Assembly (NCBI GenBank): GCA_030704615.1
Contig: CM060731.1
Coordinates: 91,636,001-91,700,000, forward strand
Direction: 5' to 3'
Source: Takakia lepidozioides
Taxonomy: Eukaryota; Plantae; Bryophyta
Length of the DNA stretch: 64,000 bases
The translations under genes and the position numbers were made by a program. The notes beneath the pieces were generated by a model. The model was not told the DNA's origin. It saw nothing but the letters and a program-made list of their open reading frames with translations, and did no database searches. This document shows positions 13,720-25,343 of the stretch, piece after piece (the stretch's first letter is position 1; every line of letters starts with the position of its first letter).

Positions 13720-15040
13720 ATGTCTAGCTCAGGATCAAGAGCCACACTCCCAAGCTTGGATAGCAGATCCTTTGATACTAGGTTGCAAAGGAGACTGGCT
13801 CGAGAAGCCGTCAGAGATCAACTGCTAGGGAAACACCCAGCATTGAGTCCACAATCAGACTTAGAAACTAGAAGTTTGGGTAAGATAGAGTGGGAAGGAG
13901 AGAACACTGAAAGCTCTTCGGAGATCGAGTGTTCACGAGTGGTTTCCCTTGTATCTAGTCCCCCTTATACACCACCGGCCAGATCAAGGAGCCCTTCGCC
14001 CTCGTTAGTGTCAGTCATGGCACATATTCCAGGACCTCTTGAGGTACCTATTGTGGTCCCAGCAGGCCTACCCCCGTTAACGTTACCTAGGCATTTGCCT
14101 TGGTTTTCTGGGGAAGCACATGAAAACCCAGAGTATCATGTGAAGAGCTTTATTCAGTGTTGCTATTCTAACCAAGCGTTGAACGATGCCTATTGGTTGA
14201 TATGGTTTCCCACAACAATGAGGGGTAGGGCGTCTACTTGGTATTGGCAACAGGTGCCAGGTATATTTGTAACTTGGCAGTAGATTCAGGACGCATTTTT
14301 AGATTATTTTCGAGCAGTCCACCAGTTCACCAGTGTCTTGATGACACTGGCCAGAATCCGCCAAGGCCCCATAGAGGAGGTAGCGGACTTTGAAATGCGA
14401 TTGCAGGAGTTGATGCGACTCCAAAACCCTTTAACCCTCCTAGATGATGGGGTACTGAAGGATTGTTTTCTGAGTGGATTACGAGAGGCCACTCACTTTC
14501 ATGTTTTGCAGCAAAGACCTGCAACACTGGTAGATGCCATACAAGCCGGCAAGGCGACAACATGCATCGCCAGGTACAACGGGCCAAGATGCCCAACTTT
14601 GCACTTCCATCATACATTACGATCGAGCCCACGCAGGAGCTGACGCCATTAGCGGTGATCCAACCCGCTCTACACTATACGCCGTCATATGTAGGAGGAG
14701 CATGGCCATATGCCCCCGACGTGCCCTACACCAGCAGTAGCACCGACCGTGCCACAATATACGAATGCTGCCCCTACTAACTCGTATGCAGATTCCACTG
14801 GGCAGTCTGATTCACGGGTGGGCCATTTGGAGGTGCAAGTCACCTCTCTCATCAAAACTATCAAAACAATGGGCAATCGCATGAGCTCCATCGGCTAGCA
14901 GATCACCAGCTACGTGGGGTATCGAGATGCTGCTCCAGTAGGAGAATCCGGCCCCAACCCGGCAGAGGTATGATGCTCCAACTGCGACAGTCCCGGGCAT
15001 GCTGCTCAACATTGTCCTTATCCCACCCGGGAGAGGCAGG
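13720..15040 (+). pseudogene. gag: Ty3/Gypsy gag, disrupted and truncated before pol
   Basis: LPWFSGE..ENPEYHVKSF; FPTTMRGRASTWY..TW; LARIRQGPIEEVADF; CCHC knuckle CSNCDSPGHAAQHC at ~14974-15015. Confidence 0.88.
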
Positions 15041-15372
15041 TAAGCCAAAACCCGACTTATCAGGATAGATCAAAACGACATTTCAATCAATCCAGGAAAA
15101 GTCTCCCTTAGTGTCAACAATTGTTGCATGTTATGGCAAAAGATCCCCGAAAAAGTCAAAGATTAGTAGCATATTAAAATGAAATCATATATAATTAACC
15201 ACCCCCTCCTATAATTGAAGATTTTACATTTTAGTGCAAAAGTCTAATGCAGACTGCATCGCCTGGTTGTTCGGAGAAAACCAAGGACGGGAAGTGATGG
15301 TACACTCGGTATCAACCGAGGCACTTCCGGAGTTCGAGTTATTGACCGAATTTTTTTCCATATCCACATCTT

Positions 15373-15904
15373 GTGGGGCCCTCCGCAACACTAGTGCAAG
15401 ATGATTGTGGTTTCATGCGTGTCAATACAGATAGGCTCAACCCTACTTATCGTCCCTCCGATGAGCTTTTTTCACGGCCTTCAGACATGGAGCAAGTTTT
15501 CTTCTTCGATGACAAAACAAGAGGGGGGAATTGGAAGGTGGTTGTGCATGCTCAGCCAAGAGGGAAGGCGTATCTATCATGGTCTCGGATCTCCATGGGG
15601 TGAGGCAATTGCGGTGGACGGAGAGATTGGTCATAATGATGCTGATGATGGAGGTTGGGTAGAGGGGGTAGAAGAGGATGATGATGCCCCGGACAATGCA
15701 TCCCGGACCCTATATGATGAAACTCCAGAAGATACGGATGTTGGAGAAGGAGACGAAGACATGGCCATTGACAACGAGGTGGAGGATGATTCGGAGGTGC
15801 CTTTTGAGGGCCGGACCATTTATGACAATGACTCCGATGACCAAGAAGACTTACAGCTTGATGAGGATGAAGAAGCTCTGGATGATGATGTTCAAGTTGA
15901 TTAG
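15373..15904 (+). pseudogene. CACTA/En-Spm transposase C-terminal fragment (DUF4216-like) with an acidic tail
   Basis: DDCGFMRVN..DELFSRPSDMEQVFFFDD..WKVVVHAQPR fits the CACTA pattern D.yGF..VN..dEPF...sq..QVFy.dD..W.VV...PR. Confidence 0.75.
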
Positions 15905-16009
15905 ACACAAAATCAAAGCTACATAACAATTCTCGCACCGAACTGTACCCATCCCTTCGATTGATTATACATGTACATGCATATTGTAGCTTATTTCTAT
16001 GATTGATCA

Positions 16010-19000
16010 AATATGGCTGTGGCTGGTAGTCTTTCAAGAAAGAAGGCAGAGGCAATGAATATGTTGGAGAACCACACACAGACTGGACAAGCAACTCGAG
16101 GAGCTCTTAGAGCGGCCCCTTTTGCAAGCGATACAGGAGGAGACAGGTGGAAGGAAGAGCGCTAGTCCTACAGAGGAGGAGGCAACACAGGAGAGTCCGC
16201 AGAGGGTACTGGCGACAAGAGAGCGGCCACCCTCCATGCAACTATCTTTGCGCACTTTGAAGGACAAGGCTCCAGCGCCAAGCAACATCTGTATATGAGT
16301 CCAATGAAAAGCCTAACAAGTATCAGTTTAGCTACAATCCCTCATCTCACTCTCAAGAATTGGGGAGAGGAGGAGACTTCCAGTGGTGGGCCGCAGAGTT
16401 TGATCCAGGTGAGTACTGTACCGCCTGGCGATCAATTCACTTTCTTCTTGCAATACAAGAGAAGCAAGGAGGAGGAAGGCAGCGTAGATTACCACCCGAT
16501 TTAAGATGGCGCTGACGATACCTTCATCTGGCATCGCCTGGAGAGAGCCATTGCGTACATGAGGGTTTGAAATATGTATAGGACAACAGAGTTAGATCAT
16601 AAATTCCAGATTGTTTCCGCAGAGGGTGTGTGAGGATGAGTGCATGTGCATGCAATGTGGACAGGATTAAGATGGCGTTGACGATACCTTAAACTGGGCT
16701 TGATTCCGCTATCATGATTCATGGTATTGTGCAGAGAAAGCGGAAGAAGGCTTGGGAGAATCAGCGTCAGTTTCCATCTGAGGATCCGTCAGTTCAGCAG
16801 CAGACCATGCCAGACCAGGAAGATGTCGTAGAGGAGGAGCAGTTGCAGACCGAGTAGTCTCCAAGGCAGGTTGTAGCCAAGGGGGAGCAGCCAACAAACA
16901 CACAGGTGCATGTCCGAACAGTGAAGGAAAAGAGTCCGGCGCAAGGCACAACGCGAGGAGGAGATGGTGGGTCTTCTAGCGGTGGCAAGAAGCCGGAAAA
17001 GGTTAGTTCCTCCCTCTGACTCCATGAAATTCCAAGTCTTGCTCATGGGAAAGGCGGGATAGAGAAACAAGAAGATTAAGTTGTTGTTGAGGATAGCTTA
17101 ATCTTGGCATGCAAAACATGTCCAAACCCCTAGGAAAGCAGGGATGGAAACACAACAAGATTAAGCTGTCGTTGACAATAGCTTAATCTTGGCATGCAAA
17201 ACATGTCCAAACCCCTAGGAAAGTAGGGATGGATACACAGCAAGATTAAGCTATCATTGACGACAGCTTAATCTTGCCCTACTTAACATATCTGAACACA
17301 TGGGAAAGGAGGGGTAGAAGCTAAGGAAGATTAAGCTGTCGTTGACGACAACTTAAGGTTGGCCTGCAAAAGATGTCCAACCCCCTGGGAAAGCAGGGGT
17401 GCAACCACAACAACATTAAGTTGTTGTTGACGACAAATTAATCCTGCCCTACATGACATATCTGGAAACATGGAAAAAGAGGGGTTCGACCAAAGGAAGA
17501 TTAAGGTATCATTGACGATACCTTAATGTTGCCCTGAAATTGATGTCCCACCGCTTGTGATGTTGCATAAAAAGAGGAAGAAAGCACCCCAAAGGCAGCC
17601 TCCACAGGAAACAATTGTTCCTCGGGACCACAACCAAGTCGAGGACGACAACTATGAAGCCAAAGTGCATTCTCTTATGTACACATCGAAGGTGAACTCC
17701 AGGAAAGTCGTGAACTCCATGGAAGTTAAAGACGGTGCTCTTTTCATTCCTTTGTGCCGGATGATTTCAATGCCAGCAGTTCGGCCTGCCCTTCATCACG
17801 ACATCAAGAAGCTCCAGGGTGATTTTATCCATGGGTACTTGAAGGGTTCGGCTATGTTTTACGTGTCGGTGACAGATGTCCAGGGATCCGAGAAATTAGT
17901 GGACGTAGATATAATAGAGAGTTGGGACCCGCTTTGGAGAGAGGTGAATACGGAGTTTGAGGTCGAGCTTGCACAGAACCCAGCACACCTGCAGTATATG
18001 GGCAAAATGTTTTTTGTCTGAGATGGTAACCACCGTTTGGTGGCCTGGATGGAGTATATCAGCAGGATGTATGCGGACAACAAGGAATGGCACCATCGGG
18101 TTCTGTCAATGGTTTTGGATCCACAGGGAAATATTACGCAGCTTCTGACTGCAATGCACGACATCAATAAGTAAGACTCTCCCCCTTTTTTGCGTTGGGA
18201 TACAGTGATGTGTGAATCTTCATGTTGTGACAACTGACGTGTTCGCATTGCAAGGGCACGGAGACATCTCACGTCACACCAACATTGTGCATACTTTGTT
18301 TCGTATGCAAAGCATCGGGGTGATGCCATTGGAGACGTTCTCTAGTGTGTTGTCTGCGGATACACTGAAGAAGTGCCAAACAATCAAAAAGTCGGAGACT
18401 TGGTACAACTTGACAAGGGAAGTTTTCCTCGACTACTTGTACGCGGTGAGTTCTCCGGGTGTGTAGACATCCATTCTGGTTCAATTGTGGATGTCTGTTG
18501 TTGTTTTCCATGTACTATGCCACTACAAAGGAGGATGAGAGAACCGCACACGGGGTGGAGGCAAAAATGAAGGAGGAAATGGATACCTACAGGAAGAACC
18601 TCAAGAGTGCATTCGATAAACACATTAGAATCGCTGACCCTGGACTGGGAAAGGCATTTTTGGAGCAGGTTCAAATCCACTAGAACAAGCCCATTAAGCC
18701 TGAGATGACACAGGAAAAGCTCCACCGCCTTTCCATTTCCATGGTTGATGGTGGCTAGAAATCTGGAACTCGGATCCAATCATCCGGGATACAAACAACT
18801 TCCCCAAACCAAGTAAGGATGCTGGTACGGGGGTGGTGACACCTGTGAGCGACCGTGCATTCGACACTTGGTTGCACAAAGTGACCTTCTGGAGCCAAGT
18901 GACACCCTACACGTTTTCAACTTTTTTGGAGCAATGAGTACATGTTGTCTTTCGTTCAGTCGCTCAATATTTGGGGGTTTGCTGTGCAGCTGGAGAAATG

Positions 19001-19920
19001 GGCCATTGATACTTTTGACAAATTGTTGTTGGACTACAAGATCACAATGAGCACTCCGAGCATCAAGTTGAGTCATACGTGAGGAAATGGAGAAGAGAGC
19101 TCTGAAAGTATGTTTTTTTCCGAGAGTTCGAGGGAGGCATTTTACGCTCCCAGGATTTTGATCATCAGTATAACAAGGAGCAGGCAATGAAAAGAGTTCT
19201 ATACAAATGACCGGCTGCCTTCATTAAGCTGTCGTTGACGACATCTTAAATCATGCATCCATTGTTGTCCAACAGGTTCTTTTCCATCAATGAACGATGA
19301 ATCTCTGCTGCATGGGGGTCTGGGTTTTGGGTGGGTTCAACATTCCCATTTCTGCTTGTTATGCTGTTCTTCCTTTGAACTGAACAGCCTGCAATTTAAG
19401 ATGTCATCAACGACATCTTAATCTACAGTCTGAAAAGCGGCAGAGTAGACATAAGTACTTATGGTGTGTTCCTGGATTTGTTGTGAGGAAGTTCGTCTGT
19501 CTAAATGCAGGTACTTTCACTTCGTTCTTATTCTAGAGAAAGTTCTCAGTGAGGATCCGGACTTCATTCGTGGATGGGCGAACCCAGACGACAACACCAC
19601 TATGTTCACTGCGGGAATTGTCAAGGACTAGGGTAGGGCACATTACCACGACTACGGGTGGTACCTCGACTGCCCTAGGGAATGCACTTCGTGGGAGGAG
19701 AACGTCCTGAGGAATCAAAATGAGAATGCAGCTGCCTTGGCACCCCGGTCAGATGCGGAATGCAGGCTAGGTTCCTTGCGCAGCGCAAGAAGGAGCCGGT
19801 GAAACCGGCTACACCTGGAGATGGGCAGAAGAAAAAGAAAGGGAAACAGACTTCGGAGGCGGGTGCGTCTGGCACTGCAGGGGCTGCTAGGGATGCTGGG
19901 TTAGGCCCTGCTGGGGCTCG
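16010..19920 (+). pseudogene. Family-A cargo gene, spliced: charged N-terminus, ParB/Srx-like domain (~17740-18170) and a middle region homologous to the MTase cargo gene; cut off before the MTase domain
   Basis: FIPLCRMISMPAVRP..DIKKLQGDFIHGY..MFYVS..MFFV*DGNHRLVAW..LLTAMHDIN; later exons TWYNLTREVFLDYLY|gt, IADPGLGKAFL and ag|YFHFVL..FIRGWANP..WYLDCP match the cargo gene at 25344-29575; 5' limit approximate. Confidence 0.8.
17070..17530. repeat. Tandem array, 6 x 85 bp, each with a degenerate copy of the palindrome GATTAAGCTGTCGTTGACGACAGCTTAATC
   Basis: TTAAG at 17076, 17161, 17246, 17331, 17416 and 17501; isolated copies near 16500, 16667, 19224 and 19396. Confidence 0.92.
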
Positions 19921-20099
19921 TGGGGAGTTCTTGATCACCCTCAGACAAATGAGCTCAATGTGCATACTGAGGGCAGAGCGGGAAAACGTCCTTACGAAGC
20001 CCAACTACACATCTCCAGAGTGGTGGGTCCGCACTTCCAGCGCAAAACGGCAAACGTGAGTTTCCTGCGTATGATGGAGTCACGGAAGTCAACCTTCAC

Positions 20100-20220
20100 A
20101 GGGTCGGATCAGGTGACCCAAAAATACCAATGGAAGGCCGGGAACGCACGTGTCACTTTCATTGGACCCAGTCCCTGCAACGGCACACAAAGAGTTCCAT
20201 AAAACTGGAGTTGCAAGTGG
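20100..20220 (+). pseudogene. Short MULE transposase fragment (CxxH region)
   Basis: GSGDPKIPMEGRERTCHFHWTQSLQRHTK is homologous to 61953-62234 and 32990-33060. Confidence 0.8.
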
Positions 20221-21566
20221 GCTCTGTTGGAACAATGACATGGAGATTTCCAAACTGCAGGGTCTGGATGCATAAGGGATTGCAATTGGACTTAGATGAC
20301 ATTGGACACTGGAGGTCACACTTGGGCCTCTACATGGGAAAAGTACTTGGATACATAGGAGATTGCACTTGGGCTTAGATTTCAATTCTTCACACTGCAT
20401 AGGCCAATGGCACATGCGAGGCAGTGTTTCCGGTGAGCATGAGCAGAAAATGTTGTGATTCTACGGCCGAACCTAACTCGAAGCAAAACTTGAACCTCGT
20501 AATTTCGCGCGGAAATACGAATTTATGCAGGAAATGCTGAATCCGTAGAAATAAAAGATACGACAGTCTGCGCGGAACTTTCGATTTGCCACAGAAATAT
20601 TCAACATGCACCCAAACACCCAATGCCAGAAAAGGTCTTCTTGGCATATTCAAATATTCTCGGTATATTCTCGGTATATTCGTATATTCTTGGTATATTC
20701 TAGGAATATGCATATGATATTCCTGTTATATTCGGATATTCTTTGTTAGTATTAGTGGGATACTCCAGCAAATTTTTGAGATATTTTTGGGAATATTCTT
20801 GGAATTGAGCCTGACTCGAGCCAGCCGCTCACCGCTCTCGCTCACGACTTATCCGCCCCCTGGCACAGGCTACCCTAGATCTCCCAAACATGAGGGTCTC
20901 TGGATACATCAGGGATTGCACTTGGGCTTAGATGGCACTCGACACTTGGGCCAACGGCACATGCTACCCTAGTATCTACTTAAAACTGAATTCTTCTTCA
21001 CACGACTAGCTAGCAACAGTTGAGGTAAGACCTCCAAGCCCCATGCTCCTTGCACTCATTGCAGAACTCCCACTGGCAGCCACAAGTATCTATCATGGTT
21101 TTAGTCATGGTTAACTAGAATTACCTACTTCTAGTTAATTAGGATATTTTGGATATTTATATTTGTATTTTGTATGTTCGGACTTCATTTGGTCTCATAT
21201 GTCAACACATCCGCTCCCCTTGGCTCAGAAGCATGAGTTGCTGCTCGAGTGACAGCAGCTGCAGAGTCCACATGCAGTGGCCTTGTAAGTGCGGCTCCAC
21301 ACATGAAGCCCATACCAATCTGATCTTCCCTAGGCATAGGAGGTTGTGCAGGTGGGGCTTGAACCTCAGGCCTTGGAGCTTGTAACCGCTGGTTTATGAT
21401 TTAGACAAAACAGGCTATCAGCACTACTGCCCATTTCCCAATACATGCAACAGAGGTTGTCCGACGGTATGCTTTCAGAAACGATTACAAAGTAATCGTT
21501 TTAAGGATAGCTAAACCATGAACGTCGTATGAATCAATATCCCTACAAGTTGCTTAATCCTATTGA

Positions 21567-24391
21567 TTAAGCCCAACGTCGTGGTGGTAGCTTCTTGTTT
21601 ATGTTGTCATCACTGTCTGGTTGCTCCTCTGGTTCGTGAGTAGGCCAGCTTTCGTCATCAGGGTGTTTTGCTATCCCGTCCCCACGTATCATGTCGATTT
21701 TGGTGGTCAAGGTTTCTCGGTAGGTTTGCAGCTCCTCCTTGGTCCAGGGTATAATGTTTTTAGTCGCCCTGCTGCCCATTAACCAGTTAGCAGCTTGCGT
21801 CCCTGTTTCTCTGAAAGGGTGGTCTCTGTCCAAGACCAATGGTGAAAAGTGGTCTTTCGTCTGGCGCATGCTTCAGCATATAGTGGTCTGTTCATATATG
21901 CTGAAGTGCATGCGACTCTCTCTGGTGGCTGGAATTTGGGTAATTCCCAGTGAGTATCTTTTTCAATACTCTCATAGCGCTGTCAGCTTCCCCTCATTGT
22001 CACGAACATCCGGTACAAGTAACTGCCAATATAGAAACTTGGGCAGCCCATTACAATGTCTACTGCCGGGGTAGGATTAATCTTTAATTGCCCCACTACC
22101 CACATGTAAGCTACCAGCTCCTTGTATTCCAGGGGAGCCTGGCGCCAAAATTCAACCAATTCTGCCCCTGACCATGTCTCCTCCCTAGCCAATGGCCTCA
22201 TCCTGTATCTCAAAGGTATAAGAGTTTGATTGAGCAGATGCAATTGACCCAATGATCTGCAGGGGGTTAAGGTTTTGAATACTTTTTCTAGTATTTCTGG
22301 GATTTGGTGGGCTGGGACTACCATCATTTTAAAGTATTCCTCTGAATACTTTAGCCACTCCCCATCCTGCTTGCATGGCATGATTTGGAAATCATCCACT
22401 GCTACCGAAGTTGATGCCACCAGAACACTTGGTAGCGGTACGGGGTTTACCTCTTGAGTAAATTGCCTTGCTGTGGCCTGTACCAGTGCCTGTTGATTTG
22501 GTGGTGGTTGTGTTGTTGGTGGTGTTTGTGCTGGTGTTGTTGTTGTTGATTATATCGGTGCTGCTTGTTCATGGTCTTGCTCCTCTTGATCGTCTTCGTC
22601 CATGAGCTCATCTTGTTTTGGAATTGGTGGCAGGAATTCTTCGTGAATGTCTGTCACCAACTTTGCCAATTGACATTTTATTTGTCTTACCATTGCCCTG
22701 TTGAGTTTCTTCATTTCCAGTTCACTCCCTTCATTCAACCAGGCTCTGGCCAAGGCTGCGTCTGCTGCGTCCAGCCCTGCTTGCAGTGTCAGCTTCTCCA
22801 GCTGCTATTTCCATTCTTGTTCATTGCCCATGGCAATGTCTCTTTCTGTGGTGGCTGTGAACAGCCTGCTTTCAGCATTTTCCCTTTCCGTTAGCAGTAC
22901 AGTGTTGCATGAGAGCCACTTGTTTCCCTGGTCTTTGGCAATCTTCAGCTGCCCCTTGAGTGTCTCCACCTGCTGCTTAAGCGTCTGCACCTGTCCTGTG
23001 AGTCTTTCCACCTCTGTCTCTATTTTCTGAGATCGCTCTCGCTCTGCATTGAGGTCGGCTTGGACATGGCGTGTTTCGTCTCTCTGTCTTTGCCACTTCT
23101 GCTCCCACTCATCTCTGCGTTGTGTCAAAGTCTTGTATTGGTGAAGTAAGGTCGTCTTTTGATCTTCTAACGATGCGATTGTAACCTTGTGGTTACATAC
23201 TGTTCTTGTTGTCGCCAATTCCCTCTGATGTTTCTCTTTGATGTGGTCTAAGATCATGCTAAGGTTCTCCGGGCTTATGTAATCCTTGGCCCTATCCATA
23301 CAAGCTGTTACTTGACCTAATGCTTGTATTGCCTGCAGAATTACATTCTGTGGCGTTTCTTCCAACCCTGTGTCCCATGCTGTTGTATCCAGAACCTGTT
23401 GTGCTAGTAGTAATTCCAGATTGGAATTATTGTCTTGCTGCTGCTGACTCTGTGCCTCTTGCACCACCTGTTGTTGTTGCTGATTGTGAGCCTCTTGCAT
23501 CATCTGCTGTTGCTGCGCCACTATGTCTCCCTCCTCTGGTCCCGGTTGTGTGGTCTCTGTGGGTGCTGTTTGCTAGGTTTCGGTGTTACCATGGCTAATT
23601 TCCATGGGTGTTGCTTCATTGGTCTGTGGTTGGTTCCCTCCTTCTAGCTGTTGATTCTCCCCTTCCCTCTGCAGTGTGGAATCAGCCGTCGAGTTGATGA
23701 TGTCCTCTGCTGCTGCACTTGTGGTTGCTTCGTTGATCCGGGCTCTCTTTGCAAGTCCACCTTCTTCTCCTTCTTGACCTGCTGCCGTGTCACTTCCTTC
23801 TTCCTCCATCGTTTCTACCCGCTGCATAATTCCCAACGTCGTTTGCTCTTCGGGTGTCAGGTGTATAGTGTGTCGAATCATTTGGAGTAACAAGGGAGTA
23901 GCCATGGTAACAGTCGATTCTTTCTTCTTCTTTGTCAAACGGGTTAATTCTCGGGTTAACTTCTTCAATAAGAAGCTTGCCCAATTCACGATTTGCCCAT
24001 TGAGGCAAATCAACACTTGATCGATTAGCTCATTGGTGCAGTAGCTGTGGTTTTGCCTGAGGCAAAGCAACGTGCTAAGTACCGGGGCTATCTTCCTAAA
24101 GCCAGGGTTTTTGTTGTGACTGCATGTGTAGCCCTGAATGGCTTGGTTGAGATTCTCAAACAAATCTGCAAGTACAAACCTTGGAGGTTTGCCGTTGTGC
24201 GCCGGTACATCCAGACTGGGAAGGTGAAACACTTCCGCCAAGTACTTCTCCGTCAGCAGAATTTGTGTGTCGCGGACATTTGTGCTTCGAGTGCTGGTGT
24301 TGTAATTCTCCAAGAACTCCCTGCACAGCTTGTCGTGCTTAAGGTTCCAGTCTAGCGTGGTGATGAAGTATCGCAGGCCAAGACTATCCAA
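21567..24391 (-). pseudogene. Retrotransposon extra 3' ORF: Athila-type 'putative plant transposon protein' domain, Q-rich stretch and long coiled coil; interrupted by stops
   Basis: KLCREFLENY..NVRDTQILLT..LAEVFHLP..VNWASFL fits the VREFYaN..VRG..I..LP pattern; heptad-rich ORF 22805-23521. Confidence 0.62.
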
Positions 24392-25343
24392 CGTCTCCTG
24401 TTTCTCTGTGTCCTGCTTATCTTCCGCAACGCCGGGCTGATTTTGAAATTCATTACGTATAAGAACTTGGTGCCTTCCGCTTGGTGCCTACCATTTCCCT
24501 TAGTTTTGCTGTTGATGTAAGGAATTGGAGCACCAATTCCTGTATCACAAGCAGTATGAAGCACACTGGAAGTTGTGTAGACAACAATTTCCAGTTTGCG
24601 GAAGTGAAGGTGAGGAGTTCGTTTCTGGGTTTAAGTAGGGGTTCTCCTCTGTAGGCTTCTCCTCTAACTTCTCTCAAGGTTCTCGTGGAGGTAATTTTGT
24701 CCTACTGTCTGCCTAGGTTTAAAGCGTAGTTAGCTTTAATTGCTGGGCCCAGGCTTACCAAGAAGCATTTAGCTTCGGGTAACGGTTTTGAGTAAATTTC
24801 ATCCATTTTTTGGATGTGCCTGATTTTCTTTCGTTTGTGTTTTCTTCGTGGTGTGTCTTGGATCGAACTGATGGTTGTTGATGATTGTCTGGTTTCGGTC
24901 ACTTTACATTCATCCATCTTGGATGTGTTCATCCATTTTGGTATGTGGTCTGTTTTTAGATGGGTGGGGTGTGCGCAGTACTTGCAACTTGGTTTAATGG
25001 CTTTGCCCTTATCATCCGCCGTCTTTTGGCAATCCGTTGGATTGTGCCATCGTTCTCCTCCGCGTTATGATCGATGGTTAGTGGTGTATGATTACCACGG
25101 TCGGTGGGGGGGCTGCTATTTCATGAGCGGCATGAGCATGAGCGGCATGAGCATGAGCGGAAAAAAAAAAAGCATGAGCAGACCATTGTGAGTCCACGGA
25201 AATAGGGTTAGGAGGCACGGAAATAGGGTCATGTGAAGTTGGAATGTGGCACCAGTGGACTTGAAATGCAACATTTTATTGCAAATTTTGTGGCAAGCCA
25301 CGTCTATACAAGTGTGTTCTAACTGTCATAGCCGGAATGGGCA

